Shown: positions 25,650 to 39,827, numbered from the stretch's first letter. The stretch is 64,000 nt of DNA from Epiperipatus broadwayi (GCA_028023455.1 JAQFVV010000006.1:5952001-6016000), one strand, 5' to 3'. Notes: a model not told the origin generated them from the sequence alone. Made by a program: numbers and translations.

Positions 25650-26235
25650 ATCACAATGATAAAGAGGTATTATTCCATCTATTTTATGATGGGTAAGTAA
25701 GAGTTGAGCTCTTTACTGATGTAATACAAAGGCATTAAAAAGTTTCATGTAAGGATACTCTGTAAAATTCTAAAAATATGTTATCAAGAGCATAAAATTA
25801 ATCATATATTCTTTAGCTTGCTGATTATGGTACTATAGAATTTGTTGTTATAAAATCATGTCTTCATTGGACTGGATATGTGAAATGAACTAATGATGTA
25901 AGACGTCAAAATTATTTTATGATAAATTTGAGCATAGTTCTTGTGAGAAATGGAGACCTTACTTATCTTATAAAAATTCTCTCAAACACATTCTAAAGAA
26001 ATGCAATATTGATTATATTCCCTATGGCTTTATGGCTAAGAATAGGGAACAATGGAGAACTACAATTACATAGGAGTTGTTATCATTCAAAAAGAAGAGA
26101 TTGTCGCAAAAAAATTAAAAGATGGCATTGTAAAACGTCATATAAAGACACTGATAGACCAATGCATTTTATATGTGGAGTGTATCTTTAGTTCATGGGT
26201 TGATATGCATAGTCATAGCAAAACTCCTCTCTAGT
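25650..26235 (+). mobile_element. RTE-BovB-like LINE C-terminal remnant
   Basis: Frameshifted KFHVRILCKILKIC...LHWTGYV...RPYLSYKNSLKHILKKCNID...KNREQWR...FICGV...HSHSK. Confidence 0.7.
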
Positions 26236-27709
26236 AGATTATTTTTAGTAATTTGTTTATTTTTTTCTTCAAGTTAAAATAATCATGCTGTTGAATCAAC
26301 TGTCAGCCATCTTTTATAAGCTTTAGTAATCAATGGTCACTAGATGGCAGTGCTATATCTAAATTCTGAGAGCAGTTTCTAGATTTTGGTGTTTTAAGAT
26401 TAGTTTATTCTGGAGTGGAATAAAACAGAGTGATTTGCTATTACTGATTTGGGATAGATTAAAATAATTTGACTAAATCATCATCATTAAACATGGATAA
26501 AAATGCTAACAATGAACTTATATATATAATATTTTTTTTGTAAAAACAAATATGTTCACATGGAGTATATTTTCAAAAATGTTTTAGTCTTCTTACCTAG
26601 AAGCTAATGTGCTTATTCCAACTATTTCCCAATTCTAGTTTTTAAAAATGCTATTAATATCCAATCATCTACAGGATAACTGCATTAAAAAAATCCACTA
26701 AAGTGAATCAAAGATGTCTGACTAAAAAGAGGAAATTCTCACTAAAAATAAAACATTATAAGTCATGGATAGAAATTTTTTGTTTTAAAGTGATTCGATC
26801 TTGTTAAAATCATATCCAAAATTTGAAAGCTTTTTTTAACATTTCTATTATTTATTTTTACTTTTTTCAAGTCATGTTTATTTCAGAAATAACATGTAGA
26901 CATGCAGCTTTACATCACTAGTATAATAGTATCATAATTGATAGGAATGCAGGTTTATTTTATAATATAGTTTCTGCGAGCCTACATTTACTGACTTACT
27001 AATTCAAAAAAAGTCGGAAGAGATAAGTATGTTATAGTCAATCAGAAAAGATGAAACATCTTTACTCTGTTGTTAACTCAAGAAACCATATCTCCAAGGC
27101 ATGTCTCTCATTTTCATACATTTTTGGAATTAAAAAAAAATATTTTTTTGCCTGTTTTTTAAATATATCTGACTATTTTAACACACTGATTAATAATGAT
27201 TTAAATAAAAAATAATATATTATACATATTAACTAATTTCTTTATATGTTGTTTTTAAAACAGAAGTTAGTAAATTTGATCATAATGAATAATAAAAAAA
27301 ATCGCAGCAAAGATTGGCCGTGCTCAACATTTACCTGCCAGAAATGACATGGTGTTAGAATCTTTGCACTTATTATAGTAATTATAAAAAAAATATCAGG
27401 ATTTAAACCAGAATTTGATAGATATACCATAAATCCACATTCATTTATTCACATTTTAAAAAATTTTTAAAAGCACATTTATTTTCTGAAGATGTTAACA
27501 TTTATATTATAGCATGATGTTTTACATGCTTACTTTTTATTTACAACTATTTTTTAAATATTTGCAAAGCATTAATATGATTGTTTAGAATATATTTCAT
27601 TTGTAAAATTAAATTAAGTAGAAATCAAGACCAATCTGTTGAGTTTTAATAAAAGTTTTTATTCCAAGATGGAAGGTTAAACATTTACAAAAACTTCCAC
27701 CAGGTGTAA

Positions 27710-29762
27710 CAATAGAACATGCCCTGATTGAAAAGTGAAAAGGCAAGAGGTTTACATGGATGGGCAGCAGAGATGGTAATGAATTAGTAAAGCTATTATC
27801 CTGTTTCAATAAGATGGCACAAAAGAGAGATACCTGGTAGGTGGAGTAATACAAGAATAAGATCATTATTTAAAGGAAAGGGTAAGGATTATAGAATGTT
27901 AAACAATTATATACCGATAGCGGTAACATCAGTTTTATATAAAGTTTTTTTCATATATGGTGCTGGAAGAGTTGCAAAATGGATGGAAGAGAATAATGTA
28001 GTGGGGGAAATGCAAGGTTTTAGATTAGATAGGTGTATAGGAGATAGTTTATTTGTAGTTACACAACTTATGGATATGAGTAGGAATTCAGGTAGACAGT
28101 TATATATGAGTTTTATAGATATAGAGAAGGCATATGATAGAGTAAATAGAAATAGATTATGGGTAAGTTTAGCAAATTTGGGAATGGATGAAGCTTTACT
28201 GGATATTATAAAGAAATTATATGATATATGTATCAATTAGGGGATATAGAATCAGTTAAAGTTAAAAATGGGATGGGACTAAAGCAAAGATGTCCTATGT
28301 CACCTATTTTGTTTTTGTTGTATTTGAGTGAAATGGAGAAAACAATAGAAAGACTAGGAAGAGGGATAGAGATACTGTTAATAGGTCGCAAGGGAGTATA
28401 TACTTTGTCCAGTCATTTTTTGTGGATGATGTCTTTTTGTGTGCAGAAAGAAGAGCAGATATGGAAGTTATGCTGAGGATAGGCACAAGGATAGGTAAAG
28501 AGATAGGAATTAAATTTAGTGAAGAAAAATCAAATATAATGTTGATTAATACTGGGGAAAGAGAAGATGTAGAATTTTTATTGGGGGATATAAAGTTAAG
28601 TGTGGTGAATAAATATAGTTATTTGGGAATAATCTTAAGTAATCAGAAAAATTGCTTAGATGAATGGGAGAAAAAATTGATAAATGAAGCAAATAAAAGA
28701 AAGGTATTGATAAAGAAATTAATAGTGTTTTCATATAATAAATATGATATAGCTAGAATTGTATTGAAGGGAGTTGCAGTAGCAGGGTTAAAATATGGTA
28801 ATGATGCATTATTTGTTAGTAAAGGGATATTAGACTACTTAGAAAAGGTACAATAGGAAGAAGGAAGACATGCATTAGATGCAGATGTGTGGACAGCAAG
28901 GGAGGCAACTCAATGAGAAATGGGATGGACAAGTTTTTATATGAGAGATGCAAAAAGTAAAATAAAAATGTTGGTAGGTTGTAGTTTATGGATAATAAAA
29001 GAGTATCCAAAAATAGTATTTAATTGGGTTATGAGTAAAGGGCAGGCAACAAGATGGGTGAAAAAGTTAATGTGGTATGCAGAAGATTTGGATAAAGAAT
29101 TTATATCAGTATACTTGTACAAAAGTTGGGATGATTGTGTTAGGATTATTGAGTGTTATAGTGGTAAGGAATCGAATAAAAGAATAGATGCATTAATAAA
29201 GAATAAAGAATAAGGAGTTGAAGAGATGGGGAACTAGTATGGAGAGTAAAAAGAGTTTGAATATATATAGAAGTCAACGAAACATTGGGTGCGAGTTAAT
29301 TTATGACAATAGCAAGGAAAGTAGTTTACTGTTTAAGGCTCAAACAGGATCTTTAGCAACAACAGAATATACACGTTAATGGAAAAATATGGATGGTTTA
29401 GTCTGCAAATTGTGTAAAAAGGGCATAGAAAATATTAGGCATCTGTTAATTGAATGTAAGTGCTTGAAAGCAGAAAGGGTACAAATAATGAAGTTATGGA
29501 AGAATAAATATGAACAAAGTGATTATACAGAAAGTGGGTTATTGGTTTTATGCTGGGTTTAGGAAAGGATAAGGGGATTTAGATATAAAGGCCATAGAGT
29601 TGACAAAGATTATGTTGTGGAAATGGGATGGAGCAGGGCAAAACTTAGGGTGGGGAATGGAAAGGGAAGGTAAAGTGGCTAACAGATTTCTCTGGTCATA
29701 TGTGCTGAGAGATTCATGACTTCGTTTAAAGAGAAGTTACAGTGCATTACATCACATCACAT
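27710..29762 (+). mobile_element. 5'-truncated RTE/RTEX-like LINE pseudo-ORF2 (RT plus C-terminal CCHC) with (ATCAC)n tail
   Basis: NNYIPIAVTS, QGFR, FIDIEKAYD, LKQRCPMSPILF, (V)DD, YSYLGI and CKLCKKGIENIRHLLIEC across several frameshifted ORFs. Confidence 0.9.
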
Positions 29763-30978
29763 GAAGAGAATTAATGAATATATCAAATTCAAATAAAATG
29801 ACAATGTTAACAGAGACAACTGCTATCAAAGCATGAATTCTGGTAGAATATAATTTTAATAATTTTATATCTTCAGTGAAAATTGGTCAATGAAAATCAC
29901 TAACAGAAAATAAAATAAAATTCTGTAATTTTTATAAACATGTTGCATTTATTATTTTAACATGTATATACTACATTTATATACCGATAATATAATATTA
30001 AAATAATACATAGTAAAACATTATTATCTGCCTTTCAAAAACGGAAAAATAAAAGTTATCATTTTTGTATTCTTTTTCATTTTTCTTGTGACCAAAATAT
30101 AAAAGCAGTTATTAAATTTATAAAATTCGAACTACTGAGCTGACTAAAAAATGTGGCAGTTGCCATCTTCCTTATAATATTTTCCAATCAAACCCCTGGT
30201 GGTTACACTGTATACTAAAAAATGAAAATAGAGAAAATCAAAATTGCATTTTTTATTAATTTCTAATCGTTTGTTTCCGTTTAATATTTTTTTCAAGCTG
30301 CAATTTATTGAATTTACGAATTTTGAGATTAAAATTCCATGATAGGGATAGTCTATATAGTTACTTTTTAGTTAATATTTATAGAATACACTCACACGCA
30401 CATATGTATAAACTTTATTGTAAATTTTATTCAAAATATCGCAAAACTTTCTGAACTGAAAGAAATATTAAAATAAAAAGTAAAATGATATGAAATACCT
30501 AAGTGAACAAAAACGTACTAATTTTTTTTTTTTTTAAAAAATGAAAATTCTAAAACAAAACAATGGATTTCTTAAAGTAAAAATAATATTCAAGCAAAAT
30601 TAAGTTCTGTTAAACTAATTAACAGTGTAATTATTAATCAATAATTAGCAGAGATAATTAATTTGGACAAGAGATCATGAACAAACACTTATGACTTGAG
30701 TATTATTTTTTAAAGTATTCTTTTGCATTTGAAAGGAAGCAGAGAAGAATAATTGTCATTTTCTCTGTGTCAGAGTCCTTGTTCACAATCTTGATCAAGA
30801 TGGAGCAAATGTGAGAACAGCATCTGCTCAACCCATCACTTGAGGTCAAAGGTCGAAGCCCAAATAAAATGTGTAGATAGGACTGAATGCCTTAATTGTT
30901 TTCAAAAGTAAAGAATCCGGTTTTAAAACAAAAAATAAGCTTAATATAGCATCAACATTATTATACAAGTGTGTATGT

Positions 30979-32140
30979 GTGTCCTCCATCTTTCTGATTC
31001 ATATAGATAAATCTTTTTTTTTTTTAATTATATATACTATTTTTAATTTTTTAATAAATAGCCCACTGCAGGGCAAAAATTTCTTTAAAAACCCTCATGG
31101 AGGGATACTGAAGAATAAAGCAGTATTCATAAGGTTTGCCAAAATCCGAGTAGCGAAGGGTTTCCATTCTTGTTTTTCTTTGTGGCTAAATAATCGTTAA
31201 ATACCCATTTACCAACCGATGGTTATTTGGAGAGCAGCATAAAAAATAATGATGGTTAATTTATTTTTTAATGTTAGCAACAATGCCATATTCTTTAGTA
31301 TATCTGCTTACCATGACAATAACCTGGATTTGAATTCAGACGGAATAAAATTTAAATTTTTTTCTCATATTCTCAACAAACATGAGTTTATTTTTTCAAA
31401 TAGATAGACCATAGCTAACCTAGTTCCTCAATCAATTATTGATCAATTAACAAGTATTTGGCTATTACAGATAATAAAACAAGGAAAAGACACTGGCATG
31501 GTAACATGTGCCTTCAAGTAAGCAATAAGAATGATGAATAATGGTTTTTTTTTTCTTTCACAAATTCTCTTTGAGGGGTGTTGGAGAGATCTTTATATTT
31601 AAGTATACTATATGCCGGAAATTGTTGTTAACAGAGATTACACAAGGCTAATTAAAATGTTGGTAACTGGTAAATTTTTTCCAAGATTTCCACATGGTTA
31701 ATACTCTCCATTAAAGAATTAGTTCTCTTTAATAATGAATAGTCCCCAAACTTGGTATTTACTCATCCTAGTTTAAGATTGGATATTCGTGAATATGTAA
31801 GTTCTCAAAAATATGTTAACATTTGGCAATACTACAAAGAAACTTCTTCCAACGGCAGGTTTTGTGAAGTAGGTCGCAGTCAAATTCTAATTTAAAAAAG
31901 TGTGACAGCATATTCATAGTTACAAAGACAATTTCTGGCTTGGAAACAAACATCCCTCAAACATTTAGTCATATATAATAAATATTGCATACAAAGATGC
32001 TTGCCTTGAATTTTCTTATGAACAATTTTTATCTCAACAGAAAACTTCAGCGCTAAAGTCAATATTTATATATAAAAGAGTAAAGTTTTACAGCACTCCG
32101 TGGAAAGAGTGAAATGACCCCACATGGCTAAAAAAAAAAA
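30979..32140 (+). pseudogene. Unassigned fossil coding sequence
   Basis: One frame from 30979 to 31701 has about 241 codons with 6 stops, then continues through two frameshifts (...LRLDIREYVSSQKYVNIWQYY...AYKDACLEFSYEQFL...) to an A-run at about 32130-32140. Confidence 0.45.
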
Positions 32141-32689
32141 GTCATCATTGGGATTATTATAAAAATTGTATTACCTAACGTTGAATATTATGCACCAGTT
32201 AATATTTAATTTAACAATGTTGTAGTAGAGGACGCTTCAATATTCTGGTACGTACGTTTTATATACTGCGTATGACTTTTCTTAATATATACAGTGTATT
32301 GAATGTATTTAAAATTATTTTAAAGAATGCAATTTGTTTTGTTAATTGTGCAGCCTTAGAGGTATTAAAATAGCAGTTTTCAAAAAATTAAAACATCATG
32401 AACGCACACACACAAAACTTTTTTTTTTTAACCAGCAGTAATGGCTACCGTCAAAACAACTTATGATAGAAGTAATATTGATTTCAGCTTAGTATCTTTC
32501 AAACGAAAGCTTCGAACTGACAAAGTATTTAACAATGCTTTGATACTGAATTGTAATATTTTCGTTTCAGTAAATTGATTTCAAATAAAGCTGATATTAA
32601 TAATAGTAAATTGTTTCTGATAAAATTGCGAAAATATTGTCATTTTTACAAAGAAAAGGCATATGACTTATCGTTCACGACTTCATAAG

Positions 32690-32775
32690 ACGTTCGAGCA
32701 CCAGAAAGGTTTCTGGGATATCCAATCTCAAATCAGACACTCTGCCAACTGTGCTAAACCAAACAGGGTATCCAT
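32690..32775 (-). mobile_element. tRNA-derived SINE head fragment
   Basis: Minus strand TTTAGCACAGTTGGCAGAGTGTCTGATT resembles a tRNA D-arm / A box. Confidence 0.4.
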
Positions 32776-32879
32776 TTAATGATGATTTATGATGTAAATC
32801 TCCTTTCTGCAGCAGATACTGTAACTACATCATGAGTTAAAATGGAAAGTACATCATGACAATTACAATGTATTGCAAC

Positions 32880-33430
32880 TTTATTTTAGTGAACAGGCAA
32901 AACTATCCGGACAGTAGTGCCACTCAGTGCCAACCAGAGTAATCAATATATGCCAGAAGGCTTGTGCATAAAATCCTCATCTAGTGCCTACTCATCCAAT
33001 ATCCCCAGACTAGTTTCTGGCTTGTGGCCTTCGTCAGTGAGAAGCTTTGTATCTGAGAGCATTGCACCTAGATCTTAGGATCTAATGCAACCTCCAGCAG
33101 ACACCTTTTATCTTTACTTAACTACAAAACTATGAGAATAAAATTGAAAACACAATAATATTTTCAATCTAAGCTCAGTAGCTTATATAGTCATATGGGT
33201 CTAGGTGCAGTGCTCTCAGATCCAAAGCTCCTCGCTGACAAAGGCCACAAGCCAGAAGCTAGTTTGGGAATATTCAATGAGTAGGCGCTAGATGGAGATT
33301 TTATGCACAAACCTTCTGGCATCCATTGATTACTCTGGTTGGCACTGAGTGGCACTACTGTATAGAGAGTTTTGCCTGTTTTAATAACAGTTATGTGCTA
33401 GCATAAGAAATAGTGATCAATGTGATGTTT
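32880..33430. mobile_element. Family F fold-back with the best-preserved F HHR (33001-33043, minus)
   Basis: Minus strand TCTCA CTGACGA A GGC-CACAA-GCC A GAAA CTAG TC TGGGG; plus arm about 33195-33430. Confidence 0.9.
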
Positions 33431-35384
33431 ATTTTAGTGATATATTATTATAATTGAAAATGCTCTTATGTAAATATGCATAAATAAACATATTAAATTT
33501 ATGGTTTATTTTAAAAATAATTTAATATTTTGTCAATCAGAAATTGTATACATCTGAGGACCAGAAGCAAGTACGTGAATCTTTGGTTTAGCAGTGGGCT
33601 AGGGTAGTGGGTTATAAAAGTATATACAAATGGGATTTAATGGCTTGTGTAATCTTAATGAAACTGTCTTCTTTTTCTATTTCAAGTTAGGGCTTTGTGC
33701 AGATAATATATACTGTATAGCAAATCACATGGTAACAGTCAAAGCTTAATAAACCAATAGAATATCTGCAATCTGTTGCCATGGCAATTTCTATACATAA
33801 AAGATGGATGTATTTTATTCAAAGAGTGTACAGCAATACAAACAATATATTCAAGATTATTTGTACGGTGGTAAAGTTTTACACAAATTCAAGTGTCTGA
33901 GTAGCTTGTGAACCCTCTCGTGACTTATTGATAGTAGTTTGTAGTTTTTGGATATTATGATCCCCCTAGTATGTGTTACTTCTTAGTTTGATTCAAAACC
34001 TAAAGTTAAAACATTACTGTATATGAGTAGTTAATCATGGGTTGGAATGTTTAGTTAATCTAAGATCTTTATCCTCTAATCAAAAGTAATTTGAAAAATC
34101 CACTTAGTGAGCATTGCTTGGACGATCATCTAAATTGGCTATGAGTTATCTATCTGAAAGAAAAACCTTAAGCTTGAAAAAGTGTCTACAATTTGTCTCG
34201 CATGAAATTAGACCCCAAGTGCTACAGACATTGCTTTATGGTAAACTTCAGATTAACTTAAGAATCTTATTAACTTTCACAGCGGTGAATTTCAGTTTCC
34301 AAGACCATAATTAGAATTTCCATATAATTCCAGTATGAAATAGAACATTCCATTGATGGAAATTATTCTTGGAAAGAATCACCTTCTTATTAAAATTTTT
34401 TTTAGCAGACTTATAAATAAGGTAATGTCAATTTTCCTTTATGACTGATTTAATACTTTGCACTAATATGAAAAAATTACAACATCTTCATTTGCCAAAA
34501 AAACTTAAATACAATTTTCACTAATCCCTTTCCACTTATACAATAGGAGCATATGGGACTCTCCAGCCATGGTTATTCATGTATCAATTTTTCACATCCA
34601 ATCATCTACTCTCACTGACACAAAATCAAAGCTACAAAATTACAAATTATTTTTTTATGGTTGAGCATTTTTCAAACTCATTTTTTATGCATCATTTATT
34701 GATAAATCATGGTTCTAATAAGATATTTGTCTGCATGGAGAGTGTTTATAATTATAAACAACACACACATGTATTGTAATTAGTTGATCAATTCCCACAT
34801 TTGGTCCAAAATCTTCTTCCAGTAATATCACAAATGATCTTGAAGCCCAAGAACAAAAAAACTTAGCAACCAATGATGTGGTAGGCAGGACTAGATTGCT
34901 TTGAAGTTCCTGATACTGATCTCCAGATATTTTAAACTAATACATCAATATGTTAATTTCACTTTCTATTATCAAATGAATACAAAACCAGAAAAATTGT
35001 ACTACAGGCAGCCAAAGGAAATTGAATGATGTATCAGCACCCCCTCCAAAGAACTCCAAACAAAATACTTTATTTATAGGATTTGCCTGCAAATATTTTT
35101 GGCAATATGAGTGTATATCTTACTTATACTTGTTTAATGAATTCTGTTAATTGTTTAACTTTGACAACAGTAAATCCATTTTATAATAATTTTTATGTTA
35201 AAAGACTTGTGATTTATACTGTAGTTTACTTCATAAAACTTTTAAAATATTTTTTTTATTATTTTTAATTTATAAAATGCTTATTCTCAGCCTGCTACAA
35301 TTAAGGAAATAATATAAAAAAAATAGTATTGATTGTATATAGTTGTCCCTGCAGAGCATTACCAAATATATATACAGTATATAG

Positions 35385-36170
35385 TTTAAATGAAAATGTT
35401 TATTAGGTTGCAATTTGTGGATAGTAAGCGAATAGCCAAGATTGTATTTAAATGGTTTATGATTAAAGGACAAGCAACAGTATGCAGATTTGGATAAAGA
35501 ATTTATGTCAGTATAATTGTACAAAAGGTGGGATTATTGTTGAGTGTTATAGTTGCGAAGAATGGAATAGAAAAATAGATGCATTAATAAAAAAAATAGG
35601 GAGTTGGAGAGATGGAGAACTAGTATCAAGAGTAAAAGAGTTTAAATATATATAGAAATAAACAAAATATTGAGTGTGAGTTAATAATATCTCATTACAA
35701 TAATAAGTAAGGAGAGTAGTTTTCTGTTTAAGACTCAAACAGGATCATTAGTAATAAGGGACTTACACATAAATGAGGAAATGTGGCTGATTTAATCTAC
35801 AAGTTATGTAAGAAAGGTATGGAAAATATTAGGTATCTGCTAATTGAATGTAAATGCTTACAAGCAAATAGAGTACAAATAATGAAGTTATGGGAGAATA
35901 AATATAAATAAAGTGATTATACAGAAAATGGGTTCTTCATTTTTATGTGGGGTTTGGAAAAATATAAGGGGGATCTAGATATAAAGGCCATAGAGTAGAC
36001 AAAGATGATCTGGTGGAAATAGGATGGAGCAGGACAGAGAAGAATATGAAAAAAAACTTAGGATGTGAAATGGAAAGAGAAAATAAGGTGGCAAACATGT
36101 TTCTCTGGGCATAGTGGTTGAGAGATTACTGACTTCAATAAAGGAGTAGCTATATAATATCACATGATAT
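35385..36170 (+). mobile_element. 3' fragment of the RTE/RTEX-like LINE
   Basis: Collinear with about 28960-29760. Confidence 0.85.
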
Positions 36171-36689
36171 AGGTTGCATGTATACATTACATTCATTATT
36201 AGTAGGTGTTGAAATGCAAAAAAAAAAAATTAAAAATCTTCAAGTTTGCATTTTATTATATTTTTTTTATAATAAAATGCGTAATGATTTAGTTATGTTC
36301 AGTTGTAATCTAGAAATTATTAAACAAAGAAATAGAAGAATACAAAGAGTAAAATATTTTATTTTTCAATAACCAGACAAATACGGATATTATTTAAAAA
36401 TACAACCAAAAAAAACGTCTTTAACAATTAATCAGAATCTTCAATAGATGGCTTTGAAAAACGTTTGTAACAGTCATTGCAAACAATATTGCTACATATT
36501 GAAGACATAAATACTTTTCACAACTACACCAATGCTGACTTCAGAGTTTGCAAAATCTCTCAGATGCTATTTATTATAGAATAGTATACACCCTAATGAA
36601 ACGTATTATATCTAAACTGCTGGTTTAATTGTTATAACTTAACATTTATCACATATACTCATGATCTTAATTTTAGTTTTAAAAATATA

Positions 36690-37790
36690 TATTATTGATA
36701 TAACAAAATTTGTACAGATGAATATTATAATACACTTTGTTGATGTTGGCTCAATTCCATTGCTGATATTGGCTTCTTCCATCAAGGCTGGCTTGTGTGG
36801 GTGTCCTAGGTCTGGTAGATGCATGGCAGAGCCATTAACCACACTAACAGGTTAATGTATGAGTAAGTAGCATTTCATTCTGTTGGTATTATCCACCCCT
36901 TTGAGATTGGCTCTATAATGCTGATGTATCAGAACTGGTATCCGTGTAGTGTGGGATCGTTGCCTCTCTAGCAGGGTCCGGCATGTTGCATTATAGACTT
37001 CTTCATTTACGATAGGCACTATAATATTGATATATCCGGTCCAATATTCATGTAATGTGAGTCTGTGGGCCATACTAGCAGGTTCCATGTATTTGTAAAT
37101 AAGAATCTAGAGGATAATATCTTGTCCTTGTTCTGAAGAACTTTAAGCTTATCGAAAAATATAGCAGAGGGGTCCAGTGCTGGTTGTGTAAACTTTGTCC
37201 TGCATCTTGTGTACCAAAGGGCATATGTCAGGAAGGTAGATAACCTGATAACCGTAAAGTCTCCAGAGAAGAGACAACCCCTGATGTCCAGGATTTTATC
37301 CACGGCTATAATGCAGTGTTGAGAGATGCCGTGTCTAATACTGTTTTAGCCTGGACATATATTTATCAAATGATTAAAGGTCTCCTCTCCTCTAGAGCAG
37401 GCATGACAGATTGGGTTTATTTTATTTAGGAACCGCTTGAAGTGTAAAAATGTATTAGTTGGCATGGAGCCCAGATTAACCTTGATCAGATAATCCAATA
37501 GTTTGGGCTCCAGCAACAGAGATTTAAATATTGCGGTGATTCTATAACTGCTGCACCCTAGGTGAATCCATATAGCTGTATTTTCAAGATTCAGCAGGCG
37601 ATGTGCCTGCCATATGCTAATTTTATTATTAAACCCTGCCGTTGAGTGCCCGATGTGTAGAAATTGTTGCTTAATAATGGTGTCAAACGATGTGTCTTTA
37701 CTGGGGGGGGGGGGTTGTCAATAGATATTATAGTCTTTATTATAGCTGAAATATATTTTTTTGTCAGACCAGTCACAATGGGTCCATTTG
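36690..37790 (-). mobile_element. L1/Tx1-like LINE, ORF2 C-terminus and 3' UTR
   Basis: ISIWQAHRLLNL...EPKLLDYLIKVNLGSMPTN...ICHACSRGEETFNHLINICPG...IRLSTFLTYALWYTRC; homologous to the 61614-62672 ORF. Confidence 0.8.
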
Positions 37791-38359
37791 TTCAGGTAAA
37801 GAGAGTTATATTTTTAAAATAAATAAAGTGTAATATTTTGTTTAATTGTTTGAAATGGTTATGATTTTGATTTATAGTTATATCTAATGGGTGTCCATAA
37901 ATATATAATCAAATAGTTTGGTACTCAGGAGATCATATGATGTTTATGCATTAGAAGTGAGAGGGCTGAGCTATAATTCAGGACTCTTTAATGCTCCAGT
38001 TTGCTACTATCTGAACAAAATAGGACATAGGCATCCATACAACCGGATGTTTGGTACTGCATAAAATTTAGTATATAGCGAATCCATACATATCCCATGC
38101 ATACTCACATAAATGTCTACGGTCTAAAATTATCTATTTTTATGACCTGTGATTGTAATATTTTTTCCCAAAACTTAATGTATGATTTGGTAACTTGGCT
38201 CATAGCATATACACGTGTATATAAGTGCAAATTTGTAAAAACAATTTAATCTTATGTTACTTGTAATTGTATTACTAAAATGTTTTTTTTAATCATAAAT
38301 TGAAGAAGTGTTTCATTTCATGATTGAAAAATGTTTATAGCATAAGTGGTATTTAAACC

Positions 38360-38620
38360 ACTAAACATCACATGATCACTATCTCTTATTCTAGCACATA
38401 ACTGTTATTAAACAGGAAAAACTCTCCATATAGTAATGCCACCCTGTGCCAAACAGAATAATCAATGGATGCCAGAAGGTCACAAGCCAGAAACTAGTCT
38501 AGGGATATTGGATGAGTAGGCACTAGATGGGGGATTTTATGCACAAGCCTTCTAGAATCCATTGATTACTCTGGTTGGTGTAGGGTGGCAGTACTACATG
38601 GAGAGTTTTGCCTGTTTAAT
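38360..38620. mobile_element. Family F fold-back, half HHR at the junction
   Basis: Minus arm to about 38478, then cacaagccagaaactagtctaggg on the plus strand. Confidence 0.8.
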
Positions 38621-38979
38621 AAGTGGTATTTGATATACAATAGAGCCATGATATACCCTATATTTTGGTCCAAGTCCCACTCCACTTACATAAAATGTGC
38701 ATTGTATATAATAATTCATGTTTTGTAGATAAACTTTGATTAAAACAGGATGTATATCTATATTATTTACTGAACTCCAAATGTACAGTACTTTTCAACA
38801 TATGTTTATATAACACAGATACATATTCATAACTATAGTAAGTGTATATTATATAAAATTATAGCATAAAAATATATTTAAAATATAATAGTAATATAGT
38901 TATTAATAATTAATTGATATTTTTCATTCACTGAAAAAATAAAAATAAAAACAATACTTTTCCATGTTTATTTAAATAC

Positions 38980-39150
38980 AAGTGGCAAAACTCTCCATAG
39001 AGTAATGCCACTCAGTGCAAGCCAGAGTAATCAATGGATGCCCCAGAAGGCTTGTGCATGAATGGCACTACTGCATGGAGAGTTTTGCCTGTTATAATAA
39101 CAGTTATGAGCAAGCATAAGAACTGGTGATCATGTGATGTATAGTATTTT
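38980..39150. mobile_element. Family F short fold-back
   Basis: aaaactctccatagagtaatgccac / ggcactactgcatggagagtttt. Confidence 0.75.
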
Positions 39151-39827
39151 AACGTTTTCCGTTTTGCTAGGCCTCTACACACTAATATAAACTGCGAGCG
39201 AGTTGATCAAGCTATGTCAAAAAAGAAGAAAGTTGTATTTCTATTCTAAAAACATAGCTATATTTCCTGATCACCTCGGCCTATTAATAGTTGAGAATTA
39301 TGCTATTGACGAAATCAGCTTTTAATTTATTTAATATGGGCACCAGGACCTTTTATTCTAAAGAGTCCATTGAAATAGTCAAATAACGTCTCGCAAATAA
39401 AAAAAGAAAAATACTTTTAACTTAATTGGTATTGCATCATACCGTAACGAGAATTATTTTTTTAAGATTATTATTCCTGGGCTTATTCAAACATATTGGC
39501 AAAGGTAAATTACATTTTAAATCTTATTAAACTAATAATAAATTAATAATAAAAAAATAATAACTATTATTAATAACGCACAAATGAAAATTGATATTAG
39601 AAATATTTTTTTTTATTATAACAGATTAAAAATCTGTTTAAGTTAAAATGAGAATTCCTAATCAAATAAATTAGAGAGAACACATATCAATTCAAACATG
39701 ATGCAATCAATAAAATAAAATAATTAAAAAGTTCTGGTATAAACAAAAGTCTCCTGTACAGAAAAAAATGAAAATCTCTATCGGGATTATTTTAAGACTT
39801 GTTTGCAAATGCTTAATTTTGTCACAA

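Noticed and set aside
27330-27370. Minus-strand exon ending tggcag|gtaaat
   Set aside because: Weak acceptor, no partner exons, no recognisable peptide
36852-36960. PVLIHQHYRANLKGVDNTNRM as a piggyBac catalytic motif
   Set aside because: Only a loose match, inside a LINE 3' region, with no other transposase motifs or TTAA/TIR
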